Shown here piece after piece: positions 56,867 to 59,644 of a stretch of DNA of 59,644 nt. Each line of letters starts with the position of its first letter. Position 1 is the first letter of the stretch. A program made the position numbers and the translations under genes. Source of the DNA: a virus (Duplodnaviria > Caudoviricetes); the IMG/VR virus record IMGVR_UViG_3300048592_000721, positions 1-59,644 of that record; one strand, written 5' to 3'. Under the pieces are notes generated by a model that saw only the letters and a program-made list of their open reading frames with translations, searched no databases and was not told the origin of the DNA.

Positions 56867-57250
56867 TTAAAAGTCAAAGGCGAAGGTCTTTTTACCTTCG
56901 CCTTTGAACTCGGTGCGGAACCTTTGTTCCACCAGTTCGATGTTTGTGATTGTTGCTGGCTTTTTCCTTCTGTCGCAGAAAATGCGGAGCACTTCATCAA
57001 AATCCGCCTCTCCATTTTGTTCGTATCCAATCTCAACAATATCGGCGACATAGTCGGAGAGGTCAATAACTTCCTCTGCCTCGTATATCTTGAGGCTCAT
57101 TGTGTAGGTTCCGAGTGGCGCATGGAGTCTTTCGACCTCAACATCCTTGCCCTGGCTTTCTGCTTCGATCAAAACCTTTTCCATCCATTCAGGAACGATT
57201 GTTTGCAGGTCACGTACTTCCTGGGGCTTCATTACTTGCGTGGTGTTCAT
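56867..57250 (-). CDS. hypothetical early protein
   Basis: AGGAG RBS. First gene after a strong promoter. Confidence 0.65.
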   Translation of the reverse strand: MNTTQVMKPQEVRDLQTIVPEWMEKVLIEAESQGKDVEVERLHAPLGTYTMSLKIYEAEEVIDLSDYVADIVEIGYEQNGEADFDEVLRIFCDRRKKPATITNIELVEQRFRTEFKGEGKKTFAFDF

Positions 57251-57299
57251 AGTGTTCTCCTGTTTTTTGATTTGGTGTAATGTCGGTTACACAAAACAA

Positions 57300-57328
57300 A
57301 TCCTACATTCTGAACTTTTGACCGTCAA
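57300..57328 (-). promoter_or_regulatory. sigma70 early promoter
   Basis: TTGACG-17 bp-TAGGAT with TG extension. Confidence 0.7.
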
Positions 57329-57399
57329 GGGAAAATTCCAAGAAAAAACTTTTATAAACTTTTTTGCAATGAATTTGCAATGCGTCTCTTGGGGCGACT

Positions 57400-57590
57400 T
57401 TAGACGAAAAAAAACATGCAGCCACTTCATTTGTGGTGCTGCATGTGCTAGTTTTGGGCTTATCGGGGCTTGTGACGTTTTTTTGGAATCGTGATTCTTA
57501 GGACGCACGGAAATCAGGAATCTGAGTAACGATATGCTAAGTCACAGAACGGGGTCTTAGAATGGCTGGTGACGCGCTTTGTGAAATTTG
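57400..57590. repeat. second copy of ~190-bp non-coding repeat
   Basis: Clear homology to 37043-37232. Confidence 0.85.
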
Positions 57591-57593
57591 AAA

Positions 57594-57692
57594 CGGGCGT
57601 GGATTCTGCTTGGGAGCAGGAAAAATCCGAAGCCAGAAAAATGCTTGAAAATGCCGCCGAATCCCCAGCGTCGGATGCACGCTTTATTAGGC
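57594..57692 (-). repeat. attC: truncated/degenerate attC (cassette 3)
   Basis: R'' mutated to GCCTAAT. CCCCAGCG-T-CGGATG-C-ACGC arm present. Partner arm and R' missing. Confidence 0.7.
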
Positions 57693-57723
57693 GCGGTTTT
57701 ATGAAACTTTGACTCCATGCTTG

Positions 57724-58263
57724 TTAAAGTTTTACTTCTGATAAGTCATCCAACAATTTCTTTACTCGTACTCTTAATGATGGTTCAGGGTCATTATCTC
57801 TATAGGTGTCATTGAGCGTACAAATAGCCTTTATTTCGCCCAACCACACACCAAAACGATTAGGCGTTAACGGGTTAGTTGAAACGGCTGCTATATATTC
57901 AGCAATGAGACTATTAAGATAAACAGTTTGCTGTAAGTAATCATGCAGTTTTGATTGTATTTCTGGTTTAATAGAAAGTGATGATGTCGTCTCAAATAAA
58001 TGCCGTTCTACATTTGCTGTGCCAATGGGCGTTAAAGCCTTGTTTGGCAATTCCTTGCTGTCAATTCTGTCATGATTGTATCCGATGAGCCAAAGAGCAT
58101 GGAGGAGTTCTTGTTTTAATGCGTTTATCTGAGTCGTTTTCTCCCGCTTCTTATCGTTTTCTGCTTTTTGCCAATTCATGACTGAATTGAAAATAGCCGC
58201 TGAGAGACCGCCCGTAAGCGCACCCAACAACCACGGAAACCAAACAGGAAATGATTCAGGCAT
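57724..58263 (-). CDS. cassette 3 protein, N-terminal TM, unknown function
   Basis: ORF between attC sites with a GGAG RBS. Confidence 0.7.
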   Translation of the reverse strand: MPESFPVWFPWLLGALTGGLSAAIFNSVMNWQKAENDKKREKTTQINALKQELLHALWLIGYNHDRIDSKELPNKALTPIGTANVERHLFETTSSLSIKPEIQSKLHDYLQQTVYLNSLIAEYIAAVSTNPLTPNRFGVWLGEIKAICTLNDTYRDNDPEPSLRVRVKKLLDDLSEVKL

Positions 58264-58308
58264 AATTTTCTCCAGTCTAAAGGTTCAAAGTAATTTTTAT
58301 TTGAAAGC

Positions 58309-58438
58309 GCCTAACAGTTTGCGTTACCCGCGCTGGGGCGGACGGCGGAACGCCATCCAACTGGAAAAATGCTGAGGCGTAGAAAAAGGCTTGGAATCAC
58401 GCCAGAATCCCCAGCGTCGGGTGCACGCTTTGTTGGCA
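58309..58438 (-). repeat. attC: attC site (cassette 2)
   Basis: R'' TGCCAAC and R' GTTAGGC. Near-identical to 1-128. Confidence 0.9.
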
Positions 58439-58448
58439 CGCTCTAAGT

Positions 58449-58982
58449 TTACGGAGAACAACCTTTTGTATTGAAAAAACACAATATGTTTGGTTCTGAA
58501 TAAATTAAGCCAAGAGGAATTGACACAATTAATAAAAAGGTAATTAGACCAATTAGCCAATGAGATATTTTTATTGCCTTTTCTTTTACGATTGAACTTT
58601 TTTGTATTTCTTTAATGAATATTGAATGGTCTAGTATTGCTTGCATAAGAGCAAAGTTTTCAGAAGTATCATAATATTGTCTCTTGATTTCATCAAGGCT
58701 TGCACTAATTGGAAGTGAAAATTCACTGGGGGATAATCCTCTCAAGATTACTATAAAATTGATTATATAAAGAACTAGAACAATAGCAACAACTCCCCAA
58801 AAAATCATTCCTACCTTATCATATAAAGAAGATGCCATTACAGTTAAAGCGATTGAGATTATAATGCTTGAGTAATTCAATAAATTTTGTAGTTTCTCAT
58901 CACATAGGTTTGTAGCGTCATAAACCTTGTCAAATGCGAGGCGAAGACTTTCTAAAGCAATTTTTTTACTATTCTTTGTCAT
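58449..58982 (-). CDS. cassette 2 three-TM membrane protein
   Basis: Helix-TM-TM...TM topology loosely like Pycsar/SLATT-type effectors. AT-rich. Confidence 0.6.
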   Translation of the reverse strand: MTKNSKKIALESLRLAFDKVYDATNLCDEKLQNLLNYSSIIISIALTVMASSLYDKVGMIFWGVVAIVLVLYIINFIVILRGLSPSEFSLPISASLDEIKRQYYDTSENFALMQAILDHSIFIKEIQKSSIVKEKAIKISHWLIGLITFLLIVSIPLGLIYSEPNILCFFNTKGCSP

Positions 58983-59009
58983 ATATAAAAGTCCTTTGGA
59001 GGTAATAAA

Positions 59010-59174
59010 ATGTCAGATGAAGATAAAAAGAAAAGCGAAACCAAGAAAATAGAAGAAACAAAGAAAATAGATTTTTCAGTTCCGCCAGAAAAGCCAATAA
59101 TAAGAAGTAAAGACCCAGAACCAAAGCCAACAGAAACCCCAATAAAAGTTCATAAAAAAGATGATAGTGGGTAA
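59010..59174 (+). CDS. small Lys/Glu/Pro-rich protein in cassette 2
   Basis: GGAGGT RBS. MSDEDKKKSE...KKDDSG (54 aa). Confidence 0.45.
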   Translation: MSDEDKKKSETKKIEETKKIDFSVPPEKPIIRSKDPEPKPTETPIKVHKKDDSG

Positions 59175-59197
59175 ACAATAAAACAAGGAGAAATAAA

Positions 59198-59410
59198 ATG
59201 ACCGAATTAGATGAGTTTTTAGAAAAAAGCAAGAATGGTGGAATTGGAGTATACATCATGACTCCTTCAGGGCTTTTTAGCGGAAACGTAAAAGTCCATA
59301 ATACGGAAGTCTTGAGATTAGAACCTGCTTTTTTTCATACAAACAACGGAAACTCGAAAATAGAATTCCTAATCATATCTAAAGAAAGTGTTGTTGGATA
59401 TGGAAAATAA
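59198..59410 (+). CDS. small hypothetical protein in cassette 2
   Basis: AAGGAG RBS, followed by terminator 59459-59494. Confidence 0.55.
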   Translation: MTELDEFLEKSKNGGIGVYIMTPSGLFSGNVKVHNTEVLRLEPAFFHTNNGNSKIEFLIISKESVVGYGK

Positions 59411-59515
59411 GTATTTATCCTAAAATAAATTCTTGCTAAATAATTACTATGCTTTCCCAAAAGACAATCTGTTTTGGATTGTCTTTTTCTTTTTACGCTA
59501 ATTCTGCAAGGGGCG

Positions 59516-59644
59516 TGCCAACGGTTTGCGTTACCCGCGCTGGGGCGGGCGGCGGAACGCCGTCCGACTGGGAAAATGCTGAGGCGTAGAAAAAGGCTTG
59601 GAATCGCGCCAGAATCCCCAGCGTCGGGTGCACGCTTTGTTGGG
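59516..59644 (-). repeat. attC: attC copy at contig end (terminal overlap)
   Basis: 59518-59644 is identical to 1-127. R' GTTGGCA matches the R'' of cassette 2. Confidence 0.85.

Noticed and set aside
58309-59644. CRISPR array or phage terminal repeats
   Set aside because: The repeats are about 130 bp, separated by whole genes and have attC architecture. No cas genes are present.

Overview
The window looks like a complete or near-complete temperate siphovirus-type phage genome of about 59.5 kb. The first and last 127 nt are identical, so it probably circularises. The plus strand carries a DNA-modification, packaging, head and tail block (1352-31014). This block is interrupted by a 322-bp TGT...ACA mini-transposon and by an inverted defence island (PLD/SNF2 helicase plus a type IIG restriction-modification enzyme). 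The minus strand carries early, replication and accessory genes: a Ycf46-like AAA module, an FtsK/TraB-like module, DnaB, a replication initiator, a sigma-70-like factor, a tyrosine integrase with a tRNA-derived attP, several methyltransferases, ParB, an ArdC-like protein and RadC. There are two tRNAs (Gly-TCC and Thr-CGT). Most striking features: (1) an integron-type gene-cassette array spanning the contig junction, with an attI-like site, three cassettes and about 130-bp attC sites, but no intI; (2) a duplicated bidirectional antisense-RNA/attenuator-like element upstream of both the cassette array and the RM island; (3) a ~770-nt ORF-free, highly structured tRNA-containing region reminiscent of GOLLD/ROOL RNAs; (4) two phage-specific cis-motif families. 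The host is not determinable from sequence alone; Chloroflexota is a weak guess. All protein calls come from motif recognition by eye, not database searches.
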